DNA of 64,000 nt. Origin: Gammaproteobacteria bacterium (GTDB lineage: Bacteria; Pseudomonadota; Gammaproteobacteria; HK1). Below, in pieces: positions 26,535 through 38,004 of this stretch (its first letter is position 1; each line of letters begins with the position of its first letter). The stretch lies in assembly GCA_011775625.1 (NCBI GenBank), contig JAABYT010000039.1, positions 34,564-98,563 on the forward strand, in the 5' to 3' direction. The notes below the pieces were generated by a model, which did no database searches, was not told the origin of the DNA, and saw only the letters and a program-made list of their open reading frames with translations. The translations under genes were made by a program, and so were the position numbers.

Positions 26535-28235
26535 ATGGAAAGTTTCGCAGACCTACTCGCGCAGAGCGAAGTTGACAAGAAAATGCGCCCCGGCGCCATC
26601 CTCACCGGAACGGTGGTGGCGGTCGGTGGCGAGTACGTAACCGTCACCGCCGGACTGAAGTCCGAATCCACGATCCCCGTGGAACAGTTCAAAAACGAGG
26701 CGGGAGAGATCGAGGTCAGCGTGGGCGACCACGTCGAGGTCGCTCTGGACACGGTCGAGGACGGCTTCGGGGCGACCAAGCTGTCCCGGGAAAAAGCCAA
26801 GCGGGCCCAGGCCTGGACGCGTCTCGAGAAGGCGTTCGAGGATTCGGAAACCATCATCGGGTTTATCAACGGCAAGGTGAAGGGTGGCTTCACGGTGGAT
26901 ATCGAGGATATCCGCGCCTTCCTGCCGGGCTCGCTGGTGGACGTGCGCCCGGTGCGCGATACCTCGTACCTGGAGGGCAAGCCGCTCGAGTTCAAGGTCA
27001 TCAAGCTCGACCGGCGGCGCAACAACGTCGTCGTGTCACGCCGCGCGGTGGTCGAGGAAGAGAGCTCGGTGGAGCGCGACCAGCTTCTGTCCAGTCTGCA
27101 GGAGGGCGCGGTCATCAAGGGGGTGGTCAAGAATCTGACCGATTACGGCGCCTTCGTCGATCTGGGCGGTATCGACGGTCTGCTGCACATCACCGACATG
27201 GCCTGGAAACGCGTCAAGCATCCGACCGAGATCGTCAACGTCGGCGACGAGATCGACGTCAAGGTGCTGAAGTTCGACCGCGAGCGCAACCGCGTTTCGC
27301 TCGGACTCAAGCAGCTCGGCGCCGACCCGTGGGTCGACATCGCGCGGCGCTACCCCGAGGGTACGCGCCTCGTCGGCAAGGTGACCAATATCGCCGACTA
27401 CGGCTGTTTCGCCGAGATCGAGGAGGGGGTCGAGGGGCTGGTGCATGTCTCCGAGATGGACTGGACCAACAAGAACATTCATCCCACCAAGATCGTCCAG
27501 CTCGGCGACGAGATCGAGGTGATGGTGCTCGACATCGACGAGGAGCGCCGCCGCATTTCCCTGGGCATCAAGCAGTGCAAGCCCAACCCCTGGGAAGAGT
27601 TCGCCGCGACCCACAAGAAGGGCGATCAAGTGATCGGCAACATCAAGTCGATCACGGATTTCGGCGTGTTCGTCGGCCTCGAGGGAGGCATCGACGGCCT
27701 CGTGCACCTGTCGGATATTTCCTGGAATCAGGCGGGCGAGGATGCCATACACAATTTCAAGAAGGGCGACGAGATCGAGACCATCGTGCTGTCCGTGGAC
27801 GCCGAGCGCGAGCGCATTTCGCTCGGCATCAAGCAGCTCGATCGCGATCCTTTCTCGGCTTTTCTCGCCGATCATCCCAAGGGCAGCATCGTCTCCGGTG
27901 AAGTCACCGAGGTCGATGCCCGCGGCGCCGTGGTGGCGCTCGCCGAGGGCGTCGAGGGTCACATCCGCGCCTCGGAGCTCGGTCGCGAGCGGGTCGAGGA
28001 TGCGCGCACCGCGGTCAAGGTGGGTGATACCCTCGAGGCGAAGTTCGTGGGTGTGGATCGCAAGAAGCGCACCATCTCGCTTTCCGTGAAAGCCAAGGAC
28101 AGCGACGAGGAGGCGGCGGCCATGGAGGAATACTCGGCCAGCGCGTCCGACGTCGGCGCGACCCTCGGCGATATCATGAAGGCGCAGATGGATCACGGTG
28201 AGGATGAGGAGCCAGCGCGGGACAGCGACAAGTAA
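26535..28235 (+). CDS. rpsA: 30S ribosomal protein S1
   Basis: MESFADLL start and six S1 repeats. The Met at 26535 follows GGAAGG. Confidence 0.97.
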   Translation: MESFADLLAQSEVDKKMRPGAILTGTVVAVGGEYVTVTAGLKSESTIPVEQFKNEAGEIEVSVGDHVEVALDTVEDGFGATKLSREKAKRAQAWTRLEKAFEDSETIIGFINGKVKGGFTVDIEDIRAFLPGSLVDVRPVRDTSYLEGKPLEFKVIKLDRRRNNVVVSRRAVVEEESSVERDQLLSSLQEGAVIKGVVKNLTDYGAFVDLGGIDGLLHITDMAWKRVKHPTEIVNVGDEIDVKVLKFDRERNRVSLGLKQLGADPWVDIARRYPEGTRLVGKVTNIADYGCFAEIEEGVEGLVHVSEMDWTNKNIHPTKIVQLGDEIEVMVLDIDEERRRISLGIKQCKPNPWEEFAATHKKGDQVIGNIKSITDFGVFVGLEGGIDGLVHLSDISWNQAGEDAIHNFKKGDEIETIVLSVDAERERISLGIKQLDRDPFSAFLADHPKGSIVSGEVTEVDARGAVVALAEGVEGHIRASELGRERVEDARTAVKVGDTLEAKFVGVDRKKRTISLSVKAKDSDEEAAAMEEYSASASDVGATLGDIMKAQMDHGEDEEPARDSDK

Positions 28236-28440
28236 GACGATTCGAAATCGGCCGTTCGGGGTAACACAGGCCAACCGAGAGAGATAACAACAACCGTCAC
28301 GACGCGGCGCCGCACCTACCTTTCGTGGCCCAGGCTCAGCCTCGTGGGACAGCCGTCGAGTGCAGGATTGCCCATCCGGCAGACAGGGTGGCGGTGGCAT
28401 CACCACACCCTGCGGGGGGGGCCAGCGTGGTAAAGGCACC

Positions 28441-28782
28441 ATGACTAAATCGGAACTGATCGAACGCATTGCGCAGAAGCAATCGCAGCTGGCCTATCGC
28501 GACGTCGAGCTTGCCGTCAAGACGCTGCTCGAGCACATGGCGGATCGATTGGCAGCCGGAGAGCGAATCGAGATACGCGGGTTCGGCAGCTTTTCTCTGC
28601 ACTTCCGCCCGGGCCGGGTGGGGCGAAACCCGAAGACCGGAGCACCGGTGTCGCTGCCGGCCAAGTACGTGCCGCACTTCAAGCCGGGAAAGGAGCTGCG
28701 CGAGCGGGTCGACGGACGCGGCAAGGCGGTGAAGAGCCGTGTCGCCAGCGAGCCGATGGACGAAACGGAAAAAGCCGGCTGA
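28441..28782 (+). CDS. ihfB: Integration host factor subunit beta
   Basis: Motifs [20 protein letters not shown] and GRNPKTG. The protein has an extended C-terminal tail. Confidence 0.93.
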   Translation: MTKSELIERIAQKQSQLAYRDVELAVKTLLEHMADRLAAGERIEIRGFGSFSLHFRPGRVGRNPKTGAPVSLPAKYVPHFKPGKELRERVDGRGKAVKSRVASEPMDETEKAG

Positions 28783-28805
28783 GAACCTCTCCGCCGCGGC
28801 CGGCG

Positions 28806-28837
28806 CCGCGTGAAGCCATCCCCGCGTGAAGCCATCC
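28806..28837. repeat. Perfect tandem duplication, 2 x 16 nt (CCGCGTGAAGCCATCC)
   Basis: Read directly in the ihfB-lapB spacer. Confidence 0.6.
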
Positions 28838-28906
28838 GGATAGTTCGCATATACTCTCGGCTGCTCGGGCTGACGCGAGCCCCCCGGATGCCTTTCGAGG
28901 TCGGCA

Positions 28907-30082
28907 TTGGCGCCATTTGATTTCCTCTGGTTCCTGCTGCCGTTGGCGGCCGCATCAGGCTGGCTGGTCGGGCGCTACGGAAAACGCCGACGGGAATCGG
29001 CGGCTACGGAAGACGATCTGCGTTCGAACTATTTCAAGGGCATCAACTACCTTCTCAACGAGCAGCCCGACAAGGCCATCGAGGCCTTCATCAAGGTTCT
29101 CGAGGTCGACAGCGAGACCGTCGAGACCCATCTCGCGCTCGGAAATCTCTATCGTCGCCGCGGCGAGGTCGATCGCGCCATCCGCATTCACCAGAACCTG
29201 ATTGCGCGGCCGAACCTGGAGAGCGGGCAGCGCAGCGAGGCGCTGCTCGAGCTCGGACATGACTACCTGAGCGCCGGGCTTCTCGATCGCGCCGAGAATC
29301 TTCTTCGCGAGCTTGCCGACGGCGGGGATTACCGCGTGCAGGCGCTGCGTCAGCTCATCGACATCTACGAACAGGAAAAGGACTGGGACAAGGCCATCGA
29401 CTCGGCGCGGCTGCTGGAGAAGGCCACCGGCAACCACTTGAGCCCGGTTGTCGCCCATTATCAGTGCGAGCTCGCCGAGCGTTTTCGCGAGTCCGGCGAT
29501 CGGGACGACGCCCTCGAGCTCGCCAGGAAGGCCCTCGGCACTCACGATCGATGCGTGCGGGCGAGCATCCTCGAAGGCGATATCCTCACCGACCTCGATG
29601 AGCACGAGAGCGCGATTCGTGCCTACCAGAGGGTGGAGGAGCAGGACGCCGACTACGTGCCCGAGACCATCGGACGTATCCAGTACTGCTACCGGGCGCT
29701 GCAGCGCCCGCAGGAAATGGACGCGTATCTCAACGGGTTGATGCAGCGCTATGGGTGGATTACGCCGATGCTGGCGCTCGCGGATCTCAAGCGCGACCGG
29801 GACGGGGCCGACAAAGCCATCGAGTTCATCTCCGGTCAGCTGCGCCGTCGCCCCTCGGTACGCGGCCTGGATCGTCTGCTGGAGCTCGAGATGCAGAGCG
29901 GCGACGCGGACAAAGGCGCCCACGTGGCCATCCTCAAGGACCTCACCGGTGAGCTGCTCGCCGACCGGCCGGTCTACAAATGCCGGCACTGCGGATTTCC
30001 CGCCAAGCTGCTGCACTGGCAGTGCCCGAGCTGCAAGCACTGGAATTCCATCAAACCGATTCAGGGCATCGAAGGTGAGTGA
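28907..30082 (+). CDS. lapB: Lipopolysaccharide assembly protein LapB (YciM)
   Basis: N-terminal TM helix, TPR repeats, and a C-terminal rubredoxin-like motif [21 protein letters not shown]. Confidence 0.9.
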   Translation: MAPFDFLWFLLPLAAASGWLVGRYGKRRRESAATEDDLRSNYFKGINYLLNEQPDKAIEAFIKVLEVDSETVETHLALGNLYRRRGEVDRAIRIHQNLIARPNLESGQRSEALLELGHDYLSAGLLDRAENLLRELADGGDYRVQALRQLIDIYEQEKDWDKAIDSARLLEKATGNHLSPVVAHYQCELAERFRESGDRDDALELARKALGTHDRCVRASILEGDILTDLDEHESAIRAYQRVEEQDADYVPETIGRIQYCYRALQRPQEMDAYLNGLMQRYGWITPMLALADLKRDRDGADKAIEFISGQLRRRPSVRGLDRLLELEMQSGDADKGAHVAILKDLTGELLADRPVYKCRHCGFPAKLLHWQCPSCKHWNSIKPIQGIEGE

Positions 30083-30794
30083 GGTCGGTCCGCGCATCAT
30101 CGTGGCGCTCGACTACGCCGATGCGGCGCCGGCGCTCGATCTGGCGACGCGCCTCGATCCGGCGCACTGCCGTGTGAAGGTCGGCAAGCAGCTGTTCACC
30201 CGCGCCGGTCCGGATATCGTCGAACGGCTCCAGGCGCGCGGCTTCACGGTGTTTCTCGATCTCAAATTCCACGACATCCCCAACACCGTCGCCGGCGCCT
30301 GCCGCGCTGCCGCCGAGCTCGGCGTGTGGATGGTCAACGTGCACGCCAGCGGCGGGCGACGAATGATGGAAGCGGCGCGGGAAGCCGTGGCAGCCGTGGC
30401 CGAGCCGCCGCTGCTGATTGCCGTGACCGTGCTCACGAGCCTTGCGCGCGAGGATCTGCGCGAGATCGGGGTCGTCGCAGAGGCCCAGGAGTTGGTGGCG
30501 CGGCTCGCGACGCTCGCCCACGCATGCGGCCTCGACGGCGTCGTCTGCTCGCCGAAGGAGCTGCGTGCGCTGGCGGCAGCGCTGCCGCCGGCGTTCCTGA
30601 GGGTCACGCCGGGTGTGCGCCCGGCGGGCGCGGACGCGGACGATCAGGCCCGCGTGGCGACCCCGGCCGACGCCATCGCCGATGGCGCCCACTATCTGGT
30701 TGTCGGCCGGCCGATCACGGCGGCAGCGGATCCGGCGGCCGCCCTGCGGGCCATCGAGACGCAGTTGGCGGGGGCGCGGGGCGCGTCCGCCTGA
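30075..30794 (+). CDS. pyrF: Orotidine 5'-phosphate decarboxylase
   Basis: Motifs IVALDY and [15 protein letters not shown] start overlaps the lapB end. In-frame part of track ORF 29751..30794. Confidence 0.92.
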   Translation: MSEVGPRIIVALDYADAAPALDLATRLDPAHCRVKVGKQLFTRAGPDIVERLQARGFTVFLDLKFHDIPNTVAGACRAAAELGVWMVNVHASGGRRMMEAAREAVAAVAEPPLLIAVTVLTSLAREDLREIGVVAEAQELVARLATLAHACGLDGVVCSPKELRALAAALPPAFLRVTPGVRPAGADADDQARVATPADAIADGAHYLVVGRPITAAADPAAALRAIETQLAGARGASA

Positions 30795-30820
30795 GTCGAC
30801 GCCGCCGCGCCGAGCTCCGG

Positions 30821-31087
30821 TTACTTGTAGGCGAGTAGAATGCTTGCGCCGCTTGCCCCGGTTCGTTCCGTGTGCAGCGTTCCGGCGGCAAGCTCGCACC
30901 ACTCGCCCACCGCGTAGGTCGTCGAGCTTTCTTCGAGGGCGAGCGTGATCTCACCGCTCAACACCAATGCCATCACCGAAACGTCGTGGGTGTGCATCGG
31001 CCCATCGGTGTTTGGCGGATACGTCTTGACCTCGGCGTTCCCGTAACCCTTTTCCTGCATGCGTTGCTCGAATTGATCCCGGTTCAT
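30821..31087 (-). CDS. Small cupin-domain protein
   Basis: 88 aa with PMHTHD..GE..L..G..H cupin motifs. The internal Met is preceded by GGGAGAG. The longer track ORF would overlap argA. Confidence 0.6.
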   Translation of the reverse strand: MNRDQFEQRMQEKGYGNAEVKTYPPNTDGPMHTHDVSVMALVLSGEITLALEESSTTYAVGEWCELAAGTLHTERTGASGASILLAYK

Positions 31088-31206
31088 CGGAATTCTCTCC
31101 CGTGAGGCACCAACGCGGCGATTGCGCGGCACCGACGCGCACACCATACCCCAAGTCCCGTTATGCTCCAAGTCGCCTTGGCAAAGGCGAACACGGGAGC
31201 GCCGCG

Positions 31207-32541
31207 CTAGGCGCACGCGAGGTTCTTGATCAGGACCTTCGAGCCACGCTCGTAGTTGTAAAGCGCCTGGCGCTGCACCGGCAGATCGCCGATGCTGGCC
31301 TCCTCGAAGGCACGTTCCTTGAACCAGTGGGTGGCCTGGGTGGTCAGCACGAAGAGACGATCGACGCCGTTGGCGCGCACCTCCTTTTCGACCTCCGAGA
31401 GCAGCAGATCGCCGCGACCGCTCTTTCGGTAGCTGTCGAGCACGGCCAGGCAGGCGAGCTCCGCTACGCGGTCCTCGGCAAAGGGGTGCACCGCCGCGCA
31501 GGCGATGATGGCGCCATCGCGCTCGAGCACCAGAAAGTCGTGGATGGCGGTTTCGATCTTGTCCCGGGAGCGGCGCACCAACGCGCCCTGGGCCTCGAGC
31601 GGCGCGATCAGCTCGAGAATGCCTCCGATGTCCTCCACCGTCGCCCGCCGAATGGTGTCGTAAGCCTCCGCGGTGACCATGGTGCCGATACCGTCGCGGG
31701 TGAAAAGCTCCAGCAGCAGCGCGCCGTCGATGCGATAGTCGAGCAGATGAGTGCGCGCGACGCCGTTCACGCAGGCGCGTACCGCGTGGGTCAGGAACTC
31801 GCGCGCGATGTCCGCCGATGCGCTACCCGATCGCGGCAGCGCGCCCAGCGCCTGGCGTGCGTCGGAGAGCGTCAGCTGACGGTTGATCGCCCCGCTCGGA
31901 CCTTCGAGCAGCTGCTCGCGGCGCAGCAGCAGCAGCTTGTGGGCCTTGAGCTCGATGGCGATCTCCGTGGCCACGTCCTCCGCGCGCATGTTGAACACCT
32001 CTCCGGAGGGCGAGTAGCCGAGCGGCGCCACGAGCACGATGCTGCCGTCGTCGAGGTGCCGACCGATGGCCGCGGTGTCGACGCGGCGAACCTCCCCGGT
32101 GAAGGCGAAATCGACCCCGTCGCGAATACCCATAGGGCGCGCCGTGACGAAATTGCCGGACGCGACGCGAACACGCGCGCCGTGCATCGGCGAGTTGGCG
32201 AGTCCCATGGAGAGCAGCGCCTCGACGTGCGCGCGGACCGAGCCTGTGGCATCGACGACGGCGTCGAGCGCTTCGGGCGAGGTGACGCGCACGCCGTCCA
32301 CGAAAGGGGTCTCGAGGCCGCGAAGGCGCAGGCGCTCGTCAATCTGCGGGCGGACGCCGAGCACCACGACCAGCTTTATGCCGAGGCTTTGCAGCAGCGC
32401 CATGTCGTGGACCAGCGCAGGGAACTCGCCAAGCGACAGCGCATCGCCCTCGAATTGGACGACGAAAATGCGCCCGCGGTGCGCGTGAATGTACGGCGCG
32501 GAGCCGCGAAAGCTGCGCACGAAGCTGGTAGGGTCGTCCAC
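31207..32541 (-). CDS. argA: Amino-acid N-acetyltransferase (N-acetylglutamate synthase)
   Basis: FVRSFRGSAPYIHAHRGRIFVV N-terminus, amino-acid-kinase fold plus C-terminal GNAT domain. Confidence 0.9.
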   Translation of the reverse strand: MDDPTSFVRSFRGSAPYIHAHRGRIFVVQFEGDALSLGEFPALVHDMALLQSLGIKLVVVLGVRPQIDERLRLRGLETPFVDGVRVTSPEALDAVVDATGSVRAHVEALLSMGLANSPMHGARVRVASGNFVTARPMGIRDGVDFAFTGEVRRVDTAAIGRHLDDGSIVLVAPLGYSPSGEVFNMRAEDVATEIAIELKAHKLLLLRREQLLEGPSGAINRQLTLSDARQALGALPRSGSASADIAREFLTHAVRACVNGVARTHLLDYRIDGALLLELFTRDGIGTMVTAEAYDTIRRATVEDIGGILELIAPLEAQGALVRRSRDKIETAIHDFLVLERDGAIIACAAVHPFAEDRVAELACLAVLDSYRKSGRGDLLLSEVEKEVRANGVDRLFVLTTQATHWFKERAFEEASIGDLPVQRQALYNYERGSKVLIKNLACA

Positions 32542-32550
32542 GGCTTTGCT

Positions 32551-33936
32551 TCAGGAGATGCCCAGGTCGCGGGCGGTCAGATCGAGCGCACGGGCAGCCT
32601 TGTCAATCAGCTCGTCGATCTCGGAGCGGCTGATGACGAGCGGCGGCGAGACGATCATCGAGTCGCCGACGGCGCGCATGATCAGGTCGTTGGCGGTGCA
32701 GTGGTCACGGCACAGGCTGCCCACGTCACCGGGCGGATCGAACATCAAGCGCGTGTCCTTGTTTTTGGCGAGCTGCAGCGCGCCGAGCATTCCGACTCCC
32801 CGCACCTCTCCCACCAGTGGGTGGGTCTCGAACTCGCGAATCCGCGACTGCAGGTAGGGAACGGTTTCCTGCTCGGCCCGCTCGATGATGCGCTCGTCGC
32901 GCAGTATGCGCACGTTGGCCGCGGCGACCGCGCAGCAGGCGGGATGGCCCGAATACGTGAACCCGTGCTGGAATTCACCGCCTTTCTCGATGAGTACGTC
33001 GGCTACGGCGTCGCTGAGCATGACACCTCCGATCGGCAGGTAGCCCGACGAAAGCCCTTTGGCGATGCTCATGAGATCCGGCTCGAGGCCGTAGTAATCG
33101 CTGCCGAACCATTTGCCCGTGCGGCCGAATCCACAGATGACTTCGTCGACTACCAGCAGAATGTCGTATTTTCTGCAGATGCGCACGATCTCGGGCCAGT
33201 AGGTCTCGGGGGGGACGATGACGCCGCCGGCGCCCTGGATGGGCTCGCCGATGAACGCCGCGACACGCTCGGGACCGAGGTGCTCGATACGTTCCTCGAG
33301 CGCGCGCGCCGCGCGCAATCCGAATTCCTCCGGCGTGAGCCCCTCGCCGAGCGCGTACCAGTACGGCTGCATGATGTGCTCGATGTCCGGTATCGGCAAT
33401 CCGCCCTGGCGGTGCATGGGCTTCATGCCGCCGAGGCTGGCGCCGGCCATGGTGCTGCCGTGGTAGGCATTCTCGCGGCTGATGATAACGGTGCGTGCGG
33501 GCTTGCCCTTGATATCCCAGTAACGACGCACCAGGCGCACCACGGTGTCGTTGGCCTCGGAGCCCGAGTTGGTAAAAAACACGTGATTGAGATGCGCGGG
33601 CGTTACCTCCGAGAGCAGCGCCGCCAGATCGGTTGCGGGTGGATGGCTGGTTTGAAAGAAGATGTTGTAGTAGGGCAGCTCCTGCATCTGCTCGTAGGCA
33701 ACCCGCGCGAGCTCCTTGCGCCCGTAACCGATGTTCACGCACCACAAGCCCGCCATGCCGTCGAGAATGCGCCGACCGTCCGAATCCCACACGTAGACGC
33801 CGTCGGCGCGCGTGATGATGCGGCTGCCCTTGCGGTTCAGGGCTTTCGAGTCGGTGAAAGGGTGCACGTGGTGGAGCCGATCGAGCTCCTGCCATTGCGC
33901 GGTGTCGAGATTTCTGCCGGGTATTGTCATGTTCAT
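32551..33936 (-). CDS. Class III (omega) aminotransferase, putrescine/polyamine-pyruvate aminotransferase-like
   Basis: 461 aa with motifs GLWCVNIGYGR, DEVICGFGRTG and FTYSGHP, resembling SpuC-type enzymes. Confidence 0.85.
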   Translation of the reverse strand: MNMTIPGRNLDTAQWQELDRLHHVHPFTDSKALNRKGSRIITRADGVYVWDSDGRRILDGMAGLWCVNIGYGRKELARVAYEQMQELPYYNIFFQTSHPPATDLAALLSEVTPAHLNHVFFTNSGSEANDTVVRLVRRYWDIKGKPARTVIISRENAYHGSTMAGASLGGMKPMHRQGGLPIPDIEHIMQPYWYALGEGLTPEEFGLRAARALEERIEHLGPERVAAFIGEPIQGAGGVIVPPETYWPEIVRICRKYDILLVVDEVICGFGRTGKWFGSDYYGLEPDLMSIAKGLSSGYLPIGGVMLSDAVADVLIEKGGEFQHGFTYSGHPACCAVAAANVRILRDERIIERAEQETVPYLQSRIREFETHPLVGEVRGVGMLGALQLAKNKDTRLMFDPPGDVGSLCRDHCTANDLIMRAVGDSMIVSPPLVISRSEIDELIDKAARALDLTARDLGIS

Positions 33937-35267
33937 ACGTTCAGAAGAAGGAATTCCCGCTCCCAGGAGCTGATCACCTTGTGGTAGTGATTGAGCTCGC
34001 CGTCCTTGACCGCCGTGTAGGCGAGGACGAAATGCTCACCGAGTATCTCGATGAGAGGTGTGCACTCGCGCAGCAGTCGCAGCGATTCCTGCAGTCCGAA
34101 AGGCAGCGAGAACGGCAGCTCGTAGGCGCTGCCGTTCAACGGCTCGCTGGGTTCGAGCTTCTCGATCATGCCGAGATACCCGCAGGCGAGCGACGCCGCA
34201 ATGGCCAGATACGGATTGGCGTCGGCGCCGCCGACGCGATTCTCGATGCGCCTCGCCTGCGCCTCAGACATCGGCACGCGCAGCCCGGTGGTGCGATTGT
34301 CGTAACCCCACTGCACATTGATGGGTGCGGCATACCAGCGCGTGATGCGTCGATAAGAGTTGACGTTGGGTGCGAAGATGGACATGGCGGCTGGCAGATA
34401 CTTCTGCAGTCCGGCGATATGGGCGTAGAACAGCGGGGTCTCTGCGCCATTGCCGTCGCTGAAGATGTTTCTGCCGGTCTCTATATCGACGACGCTTTGA
34501 TGAATATGCATCGCGCTGCCGGGCTCCCGCTCCATGGGCTTGGCCATGAACGTCGCGTACATATCGAGGCGCAGCGCCGCCTCGCGCACGGTGCGCTTGA
34601 ACAGAAACGCCTGGTCGGCGAGGTCGAGCGCATCGCCGTGATTGAGGTTGATCTCCATTTGCGCGGCGCCGGATTCGTGGATCAGCGTATCGAGCTGTAT
34701 GTCCTGCGCCTCGCAGTAGTTGTAGATGTTCTCGATGAGCGGCTCGTGCTCGTTGATGGCGTCGATGCTGTAGGACTGACGGCCGCTCTCGGCGCGTCCG
34801 GAGCGCCCGACCGGCGGCTCGAGGGGATAGTCCGGATCGGTATTCGGCTTGACCACGTAGAACTCGAGCTCGGGAGCGACGACTGGCCTCCAGCCGCGGG
34901 CCTCGTAGAGATCGAGCACGCGCCTCAGGACGTGTCGTGGTGCGGCCTCGACCGCCTCGCCGTCGGGATAGAAGCAGTCGTGGATGACCTGCGCAGTGGG
35001 CTCCTCGGCCCACGGCACCAGCCGGATGGAGGAAGCGTCACCGCGGCATAGCATGTCGCCATCGGAAGGATTGATGGCGCGCACGTCCTCGGGATAGTCG
35101 CCGGTCACCGTCAGCAGCAGCAAGGCCTCGGGCAGATTCATGCCCTCGTCCTCGCAGTACTTGTCGGCGGGCATGATCTTGCCGCGCGCAACGCCGGACA
35201 TGTCGGGCATCAACGCCTCGACCTCGGTAATGGCGCGCTGCTCACACCACTTCGGAATCGACGTCAT
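33933..35267 (-). CDS. Glutamine synthetase family protein, gamma-glutamylpolyamine synthetase-like (PuuA/PauA)
   Basis: GS type III-like catalytic motifs (MAKPMEREPGSAMHIHQS, NRTTGLRVP). Start at Met-13, preceded by AGGAG. 4-nt overlap with the downstream aminotransferase. Confidence 0.85.
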   Translation of the reverse strand: MTSIPKWCEQRAITEVEALMPDMSGVARGKIMPADKYCEDEGMNLPEALLLLTVTGDYPEDVRAINPSDGDMLCRGDASSIRLVPWAEEPTAQVIHDCFYPDGEAVEAAPRHVLRRVLDLYEARGWRPVVAPELEFYVVKPNTDPDYPLEPPVGRSGRAESGRQSYSIDAINEHEPLIENIYNYCEAQDIQLDTLIHESGAAQMEINLNHGDALDLADQAFLFKRTVREAALRLDMYATFMAKPMEREPGSAMHIHQSVVDIETGRNIFSDGNGAETPLFYAHIAGLQKYLPAAMSIFAPNVNSYRRITRWYAAPINVQWGYDNRTTGLRVPMSEAQARRIENRVGGADANPYLAIAASLACGYLGMIEKLEPSEPLNGSAYELPFSLPFGLQESLRLLRECTPLIEILGEHFVLAYTAVKDGELNHYHKVISSWEREFLLLNV

Positions 35268-36027
35268 GACTCCTGGTCTCTCGGGCGTGGGCGCGGCAAG
35301 CATCGCCGAAGGCTTCGAACAGCGCGAGCGAGTGCGGATTTTTCATTACCTGCCATTCGGGATGCCATTGCACCGCGAGCGCGAAGGAGCGTGCGTCGGC
35401 GACTCTGAGCGCCTCCAGCGTGCCGTCGGACGCGGTGGCCTCGATGACGAGCCCTTCGCCCAGCCGGTCGATACCCTGGGCGTGCAGCGAGTTCACCTCG
35501 ATGACGCGGGTGCCGAGCAGTCGATGCAGCATCCCGCCGTCGGCCAGCTGCACCTCGTGAACCGGCGCGTACTGCAGATCGATTGCCTGCGCGGAATCCT
35601 CCCTGTGGTCCATGCGGCCCGGAACCACGTGAATTTTCTGATGCAGGCTGCCGCCGAAGGCCACGTTCATCTCCTGGAATCCACGGCATATGGCGAACAC
35701 GGGCAGCCCGGCGTCGATGGCCGCGCGAATCAGCGGCAGAGTGGTGGCGTCGCGGTGCGGATCGTGCAGGGTGCCTTGCTCGCTCGGCTCGCCACCGTAG
35801 TGATGGGGCTCCACGTTGGAAGGGCTGCCGGTGATCAGCAGGCCGTCGAGCATGCCGAGCAGCTCGGCCAGCGCGAGCCGGCCGCCGAGTGCCGGGATGA
35901 GCAGCGGCAAGCCGCCCGCGGCGGTGGCGACGGCGGCGACGTATTTCTCGCCGACGGCGTGAAACATGTGCGGCTCGATGCGCTTTCGGCAGGCGGGAAT
36001 GCCGATGACGGGCTTGCTGGTGCTCAT
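35242..36027 (-). CDS. Gamma-glutamyl-gamma-aminobutyrate hydrolase-like class I glutamine amidotransferase (peptidase C26)
   Basis: AICRGFQEMNVAFGG nucleophile-Cys motif and VQWHPEW. The start is taken at internal Met MSTSKPVIGIP. Confidence 0.8.
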   Translation of the reverse strand: MSTSKPVIGIPACRKRIEPHMFHAVGEKYVAAVATAAGGLPLLIPALGGRLALAELLGMLDGLLITGSPSNVEPHHYGGEPSEQGTLHDPHRDATTLPLIRAAIDAGLPVFAICRGFQEMNVAFGGSLHQKIHVVPGRMDHREDSAQAIDLQYAPVHEVQLADGGMLHRLLGTRVIEVNSLHAQGIDRLGEGLVIEATASDGTLEALRVADARSFALAVQWHPEWQVMKNPHSLALFEAFGDACRAHARETRSHDVDSEVV

Positions 36028-36274
36028 GGGCCCTGGAGCGGTGAAAAACGGTCCTTCATAACGCAATGACCCGTCTCGCCGGCCTCTCGAGGCACGCTCG
36101 ACGGGTCTTTGGACGATAGCGTGTCGAAGGCGGGTTTTCCAGTATTTCCAGTCGCTTACCGGCGATATGCAAGCGCCTTTTGAGGCTTGCGGTTTTTTGT
36201 CAGAATGGCTGCCGCGGCGGTGTTCCAGGGGGCGCCGCCGGCGGCTGGCACACCCCACTCGAACGGAGACAGGC

Positions 36275-37954
36275 ATGGCACGTGAAATAAACCGCTACAG
36301 CGCCCGAATCACACAACCGAAATCCCAGGGTGCCTCTCAGGCCATGCTCTATGCGACCGGCATGACCGAGAAGGACATGGACAAGGCCCAGGTCGGCATC
36401 GCCAGCGTCTGGTACGAAGGCAATCCCTGCAACATGCACCTGCTGGGGCTCGCCGAGAAGGTCAAGGAAGGCGTCGAGGCCGCCGGCATGATGGGCATGC
36501 GTTTCAACACCGTCGGCGTGAGCGACGGTATCTCCATGGGCACCGAGGGCATGTCGTTCTCGCTGCAATCACGGGATCTGATCGCGGATTCCATAGAGAC
36601 GGTGACGCGCGGTCAGTGGTACGACGCCAACGTCTCCATTCCCGGATGCGACAAGAACATGCCCGGCTGCATGATGGCCATGGGGCGCATCAATCGCCCT
36701 GCGTTGATGGTCTACGGCGGCACGATTCGCGCAGGGCGCGCCGAGGGCAAGCCCGTGGACATCGTCTCCGCGTTTCAGAGCTACGGTGAGTTTCTCGCCG
36801 GACACATCGACGACGGCCAGCGCCAGAACATCGTCAGAAATGCCTGTCCCGGCGCCGGCGCCTGCGGCGGCATGTACACCGCCAACACCATGGCGACGGC
36901 TATCGAGGCCATGGGCATGTCGTTGCCCTACAGCTCGTCGACGCCGGCGACCAGCCCGGCAAAGCTCGAGGAGTGTCTGCGCGTGGGAGAGGTGGTTCGC
37001 GGGCTGCTCGAGAACGATCTCAAGCCGAGGGACATCATGACCCGCGACGCGTTCGAGAACGCCATGGTCATGGTGATGGCGCTGGGCGGATCCACCAATG
37101 CCGTGCTGCACCTGATCGCCATCTCGCGCGCGGTCGGGGTCAATCTCACCATCGACGACTTTCAGGCCATCAGCGATCGCATTCCGTTCATCGCGGATCT
37201 CAAGCCGAGCGGGCGTTACGTGATGGAGGACCTGCACCAGGTCGGTGGCACGCCGGCGGTCATGAAATATCTGCTGGAGAACGATCTGCTGCGCGGTGAT
37301 TGCATGACGGTCACCGGACGGACCGTCGCCGAGAATCTCGCCGACCTGCCGGGGCTCAGCGAAGGGCAGGCGATCATCCATCCGCTCGATCGCCCCATCA
37401 AGCCGAGCGGACACATTCAGATCCTCAAGGGCAATCTCGCCCCGGGCGGCGCGGTCGCCAAGATCACCGGCAAGGAGGGACTCGTCTTCTCGGGACCGGC
37501 CAACGTCTTCGATGCCGAGGAAGACATGCTCAGGGCCCTCGAGGAGGGCAGGATCAACAAAGGTGACGTCATCGTCATCCGCTACGAGGGCCCCAAGGGC
37601 GGTCCGGGCATGCCGGAGATGCTGACGCCCACCTCGGCGATCATGGGCGCGGGTCTCGGCAACGACGTGGCGCTCATCACCGACGGCCGCTTCTCCGGCG
37701 GGTCGCATGGCTTCCTCATCGGGCACGTGGTGCCCGAGGCCCAGGAGGGTGGTCCCATCGGACTCGTCAACAGCGGCGATCGCGTCACCATCGATGCCGA
37801 GCGCAACCTCTTGAGCGTCGATGTCGACGACGCCGAGATGGAGGCGAGGCGCGCCGCCTGGACCATGCCCGCCTACAAGGAGACCCGCGGCACCCTCGGC
37901 CGGTACATCAAGACGGTCAAGAACGCTTCCGAGGGCTGTGTCACGGACGAGTAG
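36275..37954 (+). CDS. ilvD: Dihydroxy-acid dehydratase
   Basis: Motifs [32 protein letters not shown] and [16 protein letters not shown]. The Met is preceded by GGAGACAGG. Confidence 0.95.
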   Translation: MAREINRYSARITQPKSQGASQAMLYATGMTEKDMDKAQVGIASVWYEGNPCNMHLLGLAEKVKEGVEAAGMMGMRFNTVGVSDGISMGTEGMSFSLQSRDLIADSIETVTRGQWYDANVSIPGCDKNMPGCMMAMGRINRPALMVYGGTIRAGRAEGKPVDIVSAFQSYGEFLAGHIDDGQRQNIVRNACPGAGACGGMYTANTMATAIEAMGMSLPYSSSTPATSPAKLEECLRVGEVVRGLLENDLKPRDIMTRDAFENAMVMVMALGGSTNAVLHLIAISRAVGVNLTIDDFQAISDRIPFIADLKPSGRYVMEDLHQVGGTPAVMKYLLENDLLRGDCMTVTGRTVAENLADLPGLSEGQAIIHPLDRPIKPSGHIQILKGNLAPGGAVAKITGKEGLVFSGPANVFDAEEDMLRALEEGRINKGDVIVIRYEGPKGGPGMPEMLTPTSAIMGAGLGNDVALITDGRFSGGSHGFLIGHVVPEAQEGGPIGLVNSGDRVTIDAERNLLSVDVDDAEMEARRAAWTMPAYKETRGTLGRYIKTVKNASEGCVTDE

Positions 37955-38004
37955 TCGCGGTTTGACTAAAGTCATTCCGAGGTTCGCGGCGTGCGGAGGC
38001 GCCC

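Noticed and set aside
31102-33987. 961-aa ORF on the plus strand
   Set aside because: It spans the antisense of argA and the aminotransferase, including their intergenic gap. No motifs and an extreme Arg/Ala/Gly/Asp/His composition indicate a shadow ORF.
36246-36262. CTGGCAC-ACCCC-ACTCG upstream of ilvD
   Set aside because: It has the -24 half only, with no TTGC/GC at -12, and lies too close (13 nt) to the ilvD start codon.
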